A stretch of DNA of 64,000 bases, from contig NC_088860.1 in assembly GCF_963853765.1 (NCBI RefSeq), forward strand, positions 20,832,001-20,896,000. Reading direction: 5' to 3'. This DNA is from Magallana gigas. Lineage: Eukaryota. The position numbers were made by a program, and so were the translations under genes. Shown here piece after piece: positions 15,040 through 26,203 of this stretch (position 1 is the stretch's first letter; the number at the start of each line of letters is the position of its first letter). The notes under the pieces are model-generated. The model searched no databases. It was not told where the DNA came from and saw only the letters and a list, made by a program, of their open reading frames with translations.

Positions 15040-15090
15040 CCACGGGCGATAACCCGGAACACTTGGCAATGTATATATCGTGGGATAAGG
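15040..15090 (+). promoter_or_regulatory. Putative proximal promoter of cystine-knot gene 1 (CCACGGG plus GATA sites)
   Basis: ccacgggcgataa at 15040-15052, a TATA-like tatatat near 15072 and gggataagg near 15082. A similar motif pair lies upstream of gene 2. Confidence 0.35.
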
Positions 15091-15297
15091 TAAAGTCAAT
15101 AGAAACACGGGTGCTTTAGTAAGAGAACGGGGCCTTACTTTTTTAAAAGCCATGCTGCTCTAGCTGATAGACTTGTCTTTGAGATTTGCAACACTACAGA
15201 CCTATTCGCATAAGGCTGAAGATTTTTTTTTTACTGATCTCAAATATTCCTAAAAAGAATATTAACTTTTGAAATTGGACTAGTGAGAAAGGGAAAA

Positions 15298-16776
15298 ATG
15301 AAATTACTTTCGTTTACTATCATACTGAATTTTGTAAATGCAGCGCCTTTTTTACAAAAAGGTAAGTTATGTTTTTACCCCTAAATGTTGAAGTGAACAA
15401 AGATACTTATATATATTATAGTCTACAAAATTATACTATGTCTTGAAACGTGCCGATTCAAAAGCGAGAATGAAATTCATTGAGCTTGATTCTGGATTAA
15501 TATATCTTAAAATCATTAATTGATATTAATTTGACAAGTTTCACCATATCATTATGCTGTTTATCTGTTGATTATGCTCATTACAGAATATAATTGTTGA
15601 ATTGGTTATTTGCAATACTAGTAATTAACATGCATAATAAAAGGGCTATGTACCAGTATCTTTTATAACTGTCGACGAACATGGAACGTTTATGTATGTA
15701 CGTAATTGAAAACATAACAGAATAGCAAGGACAGTTTATGCAGGATTAATTTATCCTATTATGATAAGGTCAGCCCGTTAGAAGGTCCTTTGATTGATGT
15801 GTTTAGCGTGATCAGATTTTTTACCTCGAACATACCGCTGTATTTGTTTGCCGTTGTGGTCTGCTAGCATATCACTAACTTTATTTTTTAAAATGGCTGA
15901 CACAACAGTCATTTAATCAAATAAGTATATACACATTAAATTTCACGTTAACTCCTTTTTTTTCTTTATTTTCAGTACAGCAGTGCTTTCCTAAAGGAAG
16001 TCGAACAGAGGATGGTTTAGTGAGAATGTGCACTTCCTGTGTCGTCACTACAGATCTTGGCGTCAACTATTGGCCCAGATACTTCACCGAGATCACGTGT
16101 CACGGACCAGATACCGCGTGTTTGAATTTTCACCGTGATCCACATGAAGTCTCTCCCCCACCAATCATGCCATGTAAAGACATTTCTTTTAAAATTTTTA
16201 ATAATTCAATTAAGATTGCAAAGATTCCTATTCTTATAACGTCATACCCTTCAATTGTAAAATTAACGTGCAATTTTCGAAAGCGAAGAATTTCCAGTTT
16301 TCATATTCCAACAAGCTTGCAAAAAACTTGCATTTCAACCGATATTGATTTATTTGTAATTGAAACTCTAAGCTAGATAATCATAAGGCAAAGCCCCAAA
16401 CATGCAATGATTTGACCAGCACTTTTCATTACACGACGGACAACATTGCGATATTCGAGAAATGAAATGCACATTGGTATACACAATCGCATTATCAATA
16501 ATACTTGACATAATATCGAAGCGCATATTATAAATGAGGATATTTAATATTCATATACGATATTTTACAGCTCATGGGAAATGTACGGAATCCATAATTC
16601 ACATGACGTTCTTTAGATATGAAAACGTCACGACAGTTGGTGCTTCTAATACACGGAAAGGCCAGTGGAATACCTACACACAGGACATCAGGGGAGGATG
16701 TGTGTGCGGATTTGACAAGAGATCGAGGATCCTTCACAACTTCTTTTATAATTCACAACTTCATCCAAGCAGTTAA
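15298..16776 (+). CDS. Secreted cystine-knot protein 1 (Noggin-like/Trunk/PTTH type), no prodomain, ~142-155 aa
   Basis: join(15298..15361,15976..16134 or 16173,16571..16776). Exon 1 encodes a signal peptide MKLLSFTIILNFVNA-APFLQK with a perfect phase-1 donor G|gtaagt. Mature part: C-x-CTSC..TTDLGVNYWPRYFTEITC..C..HGKC..W..YTQDIRGGCVC, 8 Cys. Confidence 0.8.
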
Positions 16777-16963
16777 CACGAGGCCGAAAATGTTACAAAC
16801 TTTTATTTATTTATTTTTTGTATTACGAAGGATGCCGACGAGAGTCGTTAAATTCTTTTAATATGTTGTGCAATACCTTTATTTTTTACATTAATTAATA
16901 TTACATACTAGGATATACGTTTTTAGTTGACTGCCTGACACTGTATATAATTTCACATTGATA

Positions 16964-17225
16964 ACTTTGCATGCAAATACCTGTAACTTTCTCTGTCGAC
17001 TTGTGTGGGCTTATGTTAATGTAAAAAATTCAACAGCCATTTTTAAGAAGGATAAACGTGAACTGTTTTTGTTCGAATCTGTTTTACTTCAAGATTACTT
17101 TGCATGCAAATACCTGTAACTTTCTCTGTCGACTCGTGTGAGCTTATGTTAATGTAAAAAAATCAACAGCCATTTTTAAGAAGGATAAACGTGAACTGTT
17201 TTTGTTCGAATCTGTTTTACTTCAA
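16964..17225 (+). repeat. Tandem duplication, 2 x ~133 bp
   Basis: actttgcatgcaaatacctgtaactttctctgtcgact... starts at 16964 and again at 17097; the copies are nearly identical. Confidence 0.9.
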
Positions 17226-17370
17226 AATAAAATGTTAAAAAGGACCTAACTGTTGTTAGTTGTTATTTCATATACAAATTTAGAATTAAAACAATATTAA
17301 TCAAAAATTTAATTTTCAAATGTGTGCATTGATCGGATACTACACAAAACTGCACTTTGTATCAGTATAT

Positions 17371-17517
17371 TGTTATGTTGTAAATTTTAAATTTACTGTA
17401 CTGGATGGGTGTAAAAACAGAATTTACAATTGTAAATTACGTATTTACACCCACCCAGTAAAATTCTAAATTCTGTATTTACACCCATCAAGTAAATTCA
17501 AAATATACAACATGACA
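17371..17517. mobile_element. Short foldback/MITE-like palindromic element
   Basis: Left arm tgttatgttgtaaattttaaatttact..gatgggtgtaaaaacagaattta pairs with the reverse complement of the right arm (tgtcatgttgtatattttgaatttact..gatgggtgtaaatacagaattta). Confidence 0.7.
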
Positions 17518-17637
17518 AAACTAGCATTGTAGGGGTATGTGAAGAAGACTTCTGGAGTTATAAAAGTACAGTTATCAAACGTAGTTTTCCATTACATACA
17601 CCATCAACGAAAGACGTATCTAGCCTGCAGTCTGTTT

Positions 17638-17642
<5 letters not shown>

Positions 17643-17722
<80 letters not shown>
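17643..17722. repeat. (CT)n microsatellite
   Basis: Perfect dinucleotide run. Confidence 0.98.
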
Positions 17723-17725
<3 letters not shown>

Positions 17726-19041
17726 ACACCAAGGCGTAGGGTGATCTTGGATCAACAACAATATCAGAGCTTGGAAAAACGAAAGTGTTTATATGCGAAA
17801 ATATCGTAATGAAATGCACTCGCAAAAATACGCCAAATTCGTTCCCCAACCCCCGACAGAGTGGCCTATTTACCCCTACAATTCAATTCATACAACTTGT
17901 ATTTACTATCGTAAAATTTACTTTAACCTCCGATGTCAGTACTATCTTGGGCAAACATAAATCTGGTTTGCGCTCATTTATTTCAAATGCACAATGGTGC
18001 ATACCTATTAAAGGTTTACCTAATTGGTCGAAAATGCAAGAATGTTTGGCCCCCAAAAAGTGCGTATTCTGTAAAGAAGGTTAAAATGAGCACTAAGAAT
18101 GACGCACGTAAAATGATCTCGAGTTAACAGCGATTTTTGTCAAGTGCCCGGTTGCATTAAAACAATTTGTCCTAAAAGCAACAGTTTTTAAGGAGGTTTG
18201 CACAAGACATACAAACATGTCACTTCCGCAGAGGTAAAATATCTGTCGTCCTCTCAAAACCCCCGGTCATCTGGTATGGTCCATTATTATGTTTGTAAAT
18301 AATGTTCCTAATTTTGTCAGGTCCAGATTAATTGTGACAAACTTTAGTAAGTCACGAAGAGCATTGTGTATTCATGGGGGTTTCAAGTAAGATTGGAACT
18401 ATGTAGAACTTTTTTTTTCTATCTATTTAGAAAATAAAATATGACGTATTTTACCGAAAAGTGCAAGCAAAAAATGAAATCAGATGATCTCACAAAATAT
18501 TCTTAAAGTATGGAAACTTTTCAATAATACACTTATGGATAATTAAACATGTGCTATGTAATATTCTGACAACCGTCCATGTTTCCCCCCAATAAGTCCA
18601 GATATGTTATAAGAATGACTTCTGTGCTTGCTATTGATGTACATGTATTTTATTAGTCTAGTGATATAATTTTAACCTGTTTAAAAACATTCTAATGGAA
18701 AACCGTAATTCATGAAGTAGGAAGAATACTTTTCGTTTCAGATATTTTGAATTTCTGTCGAAACTAGATATAAGTATTTTCTGTGCAAATCCAGATACCG
18801 TAGAGACAACGTTCATCATAATATTTAAATTGTCTATATACTAGTCTACTTTCCAAAAAAAAAAAAATCGGTCTCGAAATTATTATTCAAATTTTTATGG
18901 TAAACTTTTTTCCTGTCATTAACAAAGATGATTACTTTAAGGAACAGTTAATTGTATGGCATATATATGGGAAATTTTTTAGTCAATTGTACCTACATGA
19001 ATCAGGCGACATTACAGGAAGATGAAAGAAATAACATTTGT

Positions 19042-19170
19042 NNNNNNNNNNNNNNNNNNNNNNNNNNNNNNNNNNNNNNNNNNNNNNNNNNNNNNNNNNN
19101 NNNNNNNNNNNNNNNNNNNNNNNNNNNNNNNNNNNNNNNNNNNNNNNNNNNNNNNNNNNNNNNNNNNNNN
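19042..19170. other. Assembly gap (129 N)
   Basis: Run of N between the two cystine-knot genes. Confidence 1.
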
Positions 19171-19276
19171 TTATCAGTTATCATTTTTTTATCATAATTT
19201 TGAGTACTTCAAATTTATCAAAGTAAACAAATGAACTGTTTTAACTTCTTCAACTTTTCCCAGGTGAATGCTTTCT

Positions 19277-20189
19277 TTAAGGTGGCTTGATGTTCAACAA
19301 ATGACCCTCAACTCTGCCTTAAAATTGTAAATATAATTTAATAAAAAAAAAGTTGTAAGTAAAGAAATGATCCAAGTACATTAGGTTTGATTATTTCAAG
19401 AAGATAAATATAGTTTAAAATGGTCACGGTTACCGTGAAAAATATAACCGAAAGAATATAAAATCTCTATATCAAGAACATCGTGCATTTTTTACGATAA
19501 ATAAAGTTTAGGATTTTCAGCAAAACGCTAAAAGACATATATGTATATATACAGAGCAATTTTGTCTTTCGGGGCGGTAATATTTTAAATTCTTAAAGTA
19601 GATAAGAGATCCATGTATTTTTTTTTTCAATATTAGGTAACCGTCAGTTACCATAACTCGACATTGAATCATTTGTTCTTGCCTTTATGTCTGTTGAGAA
19701 TTTCATAACCAGAGTCACATTCTATGACAGGCTGTGTACACAAGTTAGAAACTAGGGCACAGCAGTTCCATAATTTCAGAGTACAGTGTATATCTTTCCA
19801 TTCATGAAGGAAATAAAGTGTCAAATAATTGAAACTCCTGATTTATAAATCCCTGTCGTTGTAGAAAATCCATTTCATTTCAACAACATAAACAGATTAC
19901 TACAAACTAAAAAGTCATGATTGTATAAAAACACTGTGAGGAGACAGTCCTAATTTTAAACTTTCATTTACACTTTCAAATCACTGCTTTAGAGGACTGG
20001 TTCGTCGTAGCCATTTTATAGACTATATTTACCTCTTTATGAAGAAGAGCTCTGTATAATAATATAGGAAAATGCTCAAAATTTAAAGCTAAAATATTTG
20101 TGCATTTTACCTTCACTTAATGTTCCTAAAATCCCTTTAGGTCAAAGTTTAAGACAGATTTTTTTTTTGGCATAGTGCAGCTTCCTTAA
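19277..20189. mobile_element. Possible TTAA-flanked non-autonomous DNA transposon (Kolobok-like)
   Basis: ttaa|ggtggct at 19277 and agcttcc|ttaa at 20189. The TIR match is short and imperfect. Confidence 0.3.
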
Positions 20190-20873
20190 TTAATTTAAAA
20201 AATACACTGAAATGGCACAATCAGAATGTGAAGTCTAAAATCCTACGTTGACATAATGGGCTTGAGTCAAACTTCTGAACGTACAAGGAAGCTCATGAAG
20301 TTTTCGAAACATTTAGATTGACAAGTACTAGTATATAAAATACTGTAATGAATTTTACATGTAAATCAATATACATGCATATTAATGTTGCTGTTATTGG
20401 AATGATGTATCTTTATTGAATTTCGTTAGTTTCCTTCCTTCATATCGATAAAAAATATGTACTTAGATTTATGACACATTTTGTTTTCAATTTTTTCAAA
20501 CCTTCCATGTTTAATCTGTAGTTACCAGAAATGAGTTTTATAGTAGTTCACCAGTATACATGTATCCAAAAGTGAATAAATCTATGATATCAATTAAAGT
20601 TCTCTAAGATTATGTACCCCATCTAAGGTCACTGAAGTCAATGAAAACGGATTGGTGAAAGCTATCACCCCGTCACACAAACCACGGGTATTTGGTCAGG
20701 GCGATAAGGAAAGCCCCCTTGGTGATAGGCAAAGCTAGCTACTGGGAACTCGCGTGTTGTAAAACGAAGGTGCAGGCGTTATGCAGTTGCATAATGCGAA
20801 GACTTTTTGGAAATTCAGGAGATACATGACAGCGAAAAATGAAAAGTGTAATAGTTGTGATAATTAAGAGCGG

Positions 20874-20967
20874 ATGATGGTTTTGTTAACGGTGCTTTGT
20901 TTTGTTTCAATATTTTGGACGATAAATTCGGGATATGTCCACGACAAAGGTAATTTTATTTATCTAT

Positions 20968-21006
<39 letters not shown>

Positions 21007-23581
21007 TCTATTTATTTATTAATTTATTTTTTGTCATAATCTTTAATATATAATTTTATCATATTGATTTTGAATGGATGGATGAACATTACTTCAGACA
21101 ATTTTTGTAACCTTTTTTTTAATCCTTAACATTGATCGATAATTATCGTTTAATGAACTGCAATCTCGATTTTTAAGAAATTAATTTCTTCTTATAATCG
21201 ATCTCATAATTGATATTTAATAACAAATTTTATTTTTCAGACAATGCTTTACACAGGCACCGTCCTAGACGTTACCTACCCCCCTACCCCACCCCTCCCT
21301 TACCCGCTGGGGTTACGAGACCGACCCTCGGTCTTATGATGTTCCACGTCAATTTCCAATATTCCCGTGTCCCGTGTGCGAACAGCCCCTCCCGACGTAC
21401 CTCCCTCACTGAGGACCAGCTGATGCAACTGTTTGTCAGAAAAGGCGGGAAATTCCGGTCTTCTTTGATGGCTATTGACGAGGAAAGAGCTCTTTCCGAT
21501 TTTCCTAACCTTCTACCAATTGGTCAAGCTAAGGTACGTAATGTTCTACGTTAATTTTATGTTGATTTTATTAATAATATTTTTAAGGTAGCTCACTACA
21601 TCAAGACTTATGCTTTTTAAGACATGTCATAAGACGGCGATCTGAATGTTTTGCTAAATTGTTTGTATCAATTTATTTGGTTGAATTTAGTTTAAGTATG
21701 GTCTTCGAAACCGCAGATAACGAGTTCAACTAGTCTTTGTGTTTTTGTTCATATTCACTAAATTTAATCTTTTAAAACCTTAATTTCTTATCAAAAATTG
21801 CATATTTCTGCCTATTCAAATAGCATACTTCTTATGCGCCATGCTATTTTTCCCAATCAAGCCATTTTCTGGTGTTTTTGAGAAACTATCTCGTTGCAAT
21901 TTTTATAGTATTTATAAGAAATTTAGTTTTGAAAACGAGAATTATATAGGTTAAATTCTTTAATGGGTCCGACAACATCATAGTTTTGCAATATTTATTT
22001 CTTGTGATGCAAAAAGCATTTATTTCTCACATTTTTTGTCAACAATTTATTTTTAAAACAATCATATTCTTCAGGATACCTATATAAAAAACGTCGACAT
22101 ACCAGTGTCCAAAGAAAAGCTTTTGGACGATTTAAATAAATGGGATACCTTTTTCAAGTCTGCCCACAAAATTCCTCGGCCAGTGTCGCCTGACTATAGC
22201 CATCAATTACAGAGTGCAATGAATCTCTTAGGATCGGAAGTGGGGAATTACATTGTAAAAAACGGAATTAATCCGGAAGACATAATAAACTTTATCAATG
22301 ACCACGACATAATCCATCATCCCAAAATCCTCAGCTCGATCAGAAAGCCGGATCGCAGATGGAAAAGGCAATCTTCAGGTAAAAAAAAAAAAAGAATGTT
22401 CTGGTTTTAAAAAACCCTTTATGTAAGATCATTTATAAACAAAAGCATGATGTTATGCATGATGACTAGATTATCTAGAAGATTGTGCTATTAAAAATGT
22501 GTAGTTTGTAAAAGGTTACCAAATAGAATAATTGCATTTGTATGAATATTTCTTTCTTTTGAATTAAAATGAGTGGGTTTCCTTTTGTACAATTTTTGAT
22601 CATGTCTGAAAAGACAAAACCTGAATACACAATTACATGAACTTCAGATATTGCTTGCAAAAACACTAGTATTTCATATTCTTCTTACAGGCGTCAATGC
22701 CCAAGCATGTCAGTACAGAGGCAACAAAACAGATAATGGTTTCATCAATTTCTGTACATCGTGTATGACCACGACAGATCTCGGGAGCGAGAGGTTCCCG
22801 CGATACATCAACGAGATTGTGTGCAATGTGGAGCCATGTCTGACCGTCAACAGAAGCCGTAAGTATAAATACTATTGTAAACACGGGAATTTACTATAGT
22901 TAATCGACTATTTTTGAAACTTTGTATCGTAATGGTACTCAACAGTAATTTCGGACAATGGTGATAAGAATCTGTAATAAAACTGTCACTCGTGAAACAA
23001 TGTTATTAAACGGGGGATATAAAATTCAAATGACAACCATATAGTTGCATATATTATATATAAGAGCTTTTCTTTTTAATAAATATGTTAAAAAATCATA
23101 TTACCAATTGTTTAAAAATTAAGGGGGTTGGATGGTCCAGAAATTAACCATCAGATGCTCCTAAAATTGTAAGATGTGAATTGTTATGCTATAATATATA
23201 CTCGGTAATTTATTGAAGAAAAATCAGAATTATTAACCTATAACTAAATTTGGGTATTTTCCTAAATTTTTATAAGGATTTCTTCTTTTAAAGGAGATCA
23301 ATACAGTCTAAAAATGGCCATGAACATTGGGCCCTCTTAATTATTTCCTTCTTTGTTCTTTAGCACATGGTGCTTGTCAGGAAAATATCCTCCATCTGAC
23401 CTTCCTCCGCCGGACCCCCAGCCCCAATGGCTGTTTCTTGGTCATTGAAGACACGTCGTTCGGTCAGAATAAGACTTTGGCCCATGCCTGGGAGACTTAC
23501 ACACAACGCATCAGGGTCGGGTGCAGCTGCAAGCTCGACAAACGATCCCGACTGAAGGCCACGTTCGGCTTCGGAAAATAA
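20874..23581 (+). CDS. Secreted cystine-knot prepro-protein 2 (Trunk/Noggin-like/PTTH type), ~352 aa
   Basis: join(20874..20949,21241..21533,22075..22378,22691..22858,23364..23581), all GT-AG and phase-consistent (1059 nt). Signal peptide MMVLLTVLCFVSIFWTINS; prodomain motif C..SLTEDQLMQLF..GGKF..LMAID; furin site RRWKR; knot CTSC..DLGSERFPRYINEIVC..C..HGAC..LRR..W..YTQRIRVGCSC. Confidence 0.88.
20956..21020. repeat. (TATT)n microsatellite in intron 1 of cystine-knot gene 2
   Basis: Tetranucleotide run with occasional tatc variants. Confidence 0.9.
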
Positions 23582-24970
23582 TGGTGGATTATTCCTGTTG
23601 TATTTTGACAATAATAACGCATGTGCAATCTATATATTTTCGTCTGTGTGCGCTTCTTTTGTATATACATATCGGCATTTTTATTATAAGAGCTGACAGA
23701 TAATTAAATAATGTAATTTTTGATACTCCTAAATTTTTTTGGCATTAGTGTGTTTTCACAAAATACAATGTACCTAAAAGTTAATAAATTTCCAATAGTT
23801 TCATTTTGCACCATTTCATGCATTCATTTGAACCTTTACTTTATGTCAAAATTCAACAAATATTACATGATGACATCAACACTGAATGTTATTTTTTTTA
23901 GGGGGTTTTATATATTTTTTTTTAAAAACGAAGTGCGTAAAGAAATCCTTGACAAATGGCAAGCTCGTTCGACTAAAAGCAAAACAATCGTTTTGATCTT
24001 GCACTAGCGTCCGTCTAATGTCGTTAAAAATGACAACCTTTTGGTCTTGGTATGTGAACGACATCGCATGAATGACAAGATAGGGACTACATATCATCTC
24101 GGAGTGTTTTCCTTTGGATTAAAATCTTAGCGTGGAGTGTTTTCACGCCCAGAAAAAGCTTAATGTGTTTTGTTTTCAGAGCACGAAAATTATCTATTCC
24201 TATATACGACAGAAAGAAAGAGAGAGAGGGGGACATACATGTATAGTAATCTGTGTATAGTTAATAGACACCAAACACCATTTTATAAGATGCACTGGTA
24301 TGTTAATAGAAACAGAACCCTATTGATTTCAACTACAAATCCACTCGGAGATAATTCCGTACCTTGTAATGGCGTCATCAGTTTTAGGGATTGTCGAAGA
24401 ATAGAACCGGAATTAATTATAAGTCATTGACATGAAGATGAAAATATTTTGTTGGTAACCATGTTGCTGTTTTTATTTAATTTTAAAAGTGATATAATTC
24501 TCTCTCTCATATTTTAAATTTGTTGTTGATAATTTGATTTAATACTTTGCTTCTATCATTGCAACTTGCATAAAAAAAATAAATATTTAAATTAATCAAT
24601 GTCAGGTTGTATTTTTAATCGTATACGATAATGAGACATAAGAGGGGTATAAATGTGGGTTTTATGTCTTAAATAAGAGTGTAGGCTTGGTTTATGTGTT
24701 AATATCTTATAAATTCAATCACATTTTCAATTTGAACTACAGCTGCAGATAAAATTCAAAGCATAGAGAAGAAAATCAACGAACATTAACAAAACTTATT
24801 AAGAACTGAACATATCTTAGTGACAAGCAAACAAAGAAAACTAAACAAAAGTTAATTAAGTAACTGCTGTACGTAGTCCTCTCCTCGTGTACCATGCAAT
24901 ATGTTTGTATATAATACTGTATTTTCTATACCACACATGCGAAGTAATTAGGATTATATTCAAGAAATAA

Positions 24971-25086
24971 GGAATCATTCTTCGATTATTAATGAGGTGA
25001 TCAGATTGAATAAACCCCGGGCTTTATAATAGATTTGATCACGCCCGATCCTATTTGATCACCTCATGATATTCAAGAATTATTCC
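24971..25086. mobile_element. MITE with ~30-bp terminal inverted repeats
   Basis: ggaatcattcttcgattattaatgaggtgatca versus the reverse complement of the right end, ggaataattcttgaatatcatgaggtgatca. Confidence 0.6.
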
Positions 25087-25276
25087 AAAATTATTTTTAT
25101 GTAAATTTCAGCATTTGCACGATTAAATATTTTAAAAATAGTCGTTTCTGAAATGTACTGGACCATGCATTACAAATTAAATCGATTTGTAGTGTTATCA
25201 CAAAGACACTGGAAAATGTAAATATATAGACGTAAAAGTTTGGTTTTAAAAATTCCGTAAACTATGCATTATATAA

Positions 25277-25506
25277 TACTGTGGAATCATTCAAATTCGT
25301 GGTGGCTCAATTTTCGTAGTATTTGTGGATTGTGGATAGCCCTTGCCCACGAATTTACATCCTCAACGAAAACTACTTATAAAAGATTCAGTTTACCATC
25401 AGAATCTTAAAGCTGACAAATCCACGAAATTACATCCCAACGAATATGCAAAAAAACCCACAATCCACGAAAATCTGCCCCCGCGAAATTAAATGATTCC
25501 ACAATA
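25277..25506. mobile_element. TA-flanked MITE (Tc1/mariner-type), TIR CTGTGGAATCATT
   Basis: tactgtggaatcattcaaattcgtgg versus the reverse-complemented right end tattgtggaatcatttaatttcgcgg; TA on both sides. Confidence 0.75.
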
Positions 25507-26125
25507 TATATTAATAATTTAATGTCATATTGCTTTAGCAATTTTTCTTCTTCGGATTTTGATGGTCATTGTAGTTGTTTTTATTTCTTGCTTCTTATAC
25601 AAGCATCTTCCAGTAGTTTTAATATACATTACATTGAAGTTCTAAAATTTTGGATCTATCTTCTATATTTTTGACAATTTTCATTCAACGGTCTTTGGGA
25701 AATGTTACAGACAATATCATCAACATGAAATGTGATTTATTAGTAGTATGTTGTCATGAGGCATGAAGCACTTGGACCAAAGTGCTCACCCGAGAATTAA
25801 TTCTCAAAAAAACCTGCACATGCTCTCTTACATAAAAATCTCATTTTAATTAAATGCACTCCTCGGAGAAAACTTGCTGACCCTGGGCCAACTCATTGAA
25901 CTGTTGTCGTTATTATTTCCATTCATTAATAACACCAATGAGCAAGCGAAACTCTCTCTATTTTAGAAGATATATACAAAAACGGTGATCATGTCATGAA
26001 AACCTTCCGTTGTTAAAATATGCATGCGTAAGCATGGACATGATTAGTGGCATTTCTTTCACGAAAGTGTAAAGGTGCCAATTGAAATAGAGCATGAATT
26101 ATTCATGATCACGAGAAAAATTCAG

Positions 26126-26203
26126 CGAGTTGGTCCACGGTTAGAGAGTGTTAACAAAACTGCATGACTGTGTTTTCGGCGATGTCTACGAATTCGAATC
26201 CTC
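26126..26203 (+). mobile_element. Degenerate tRNA-derived SINE head
   Basis: A-box-like ttggtccacggttaga and B-box-like gaattcgaatcc. No cloverleaf can be formed. Confidence 0.3.

Noticed and set aside
18952-19234. ORFs spanning the N run
   Set aside because: Artefacts of the assembly gap.
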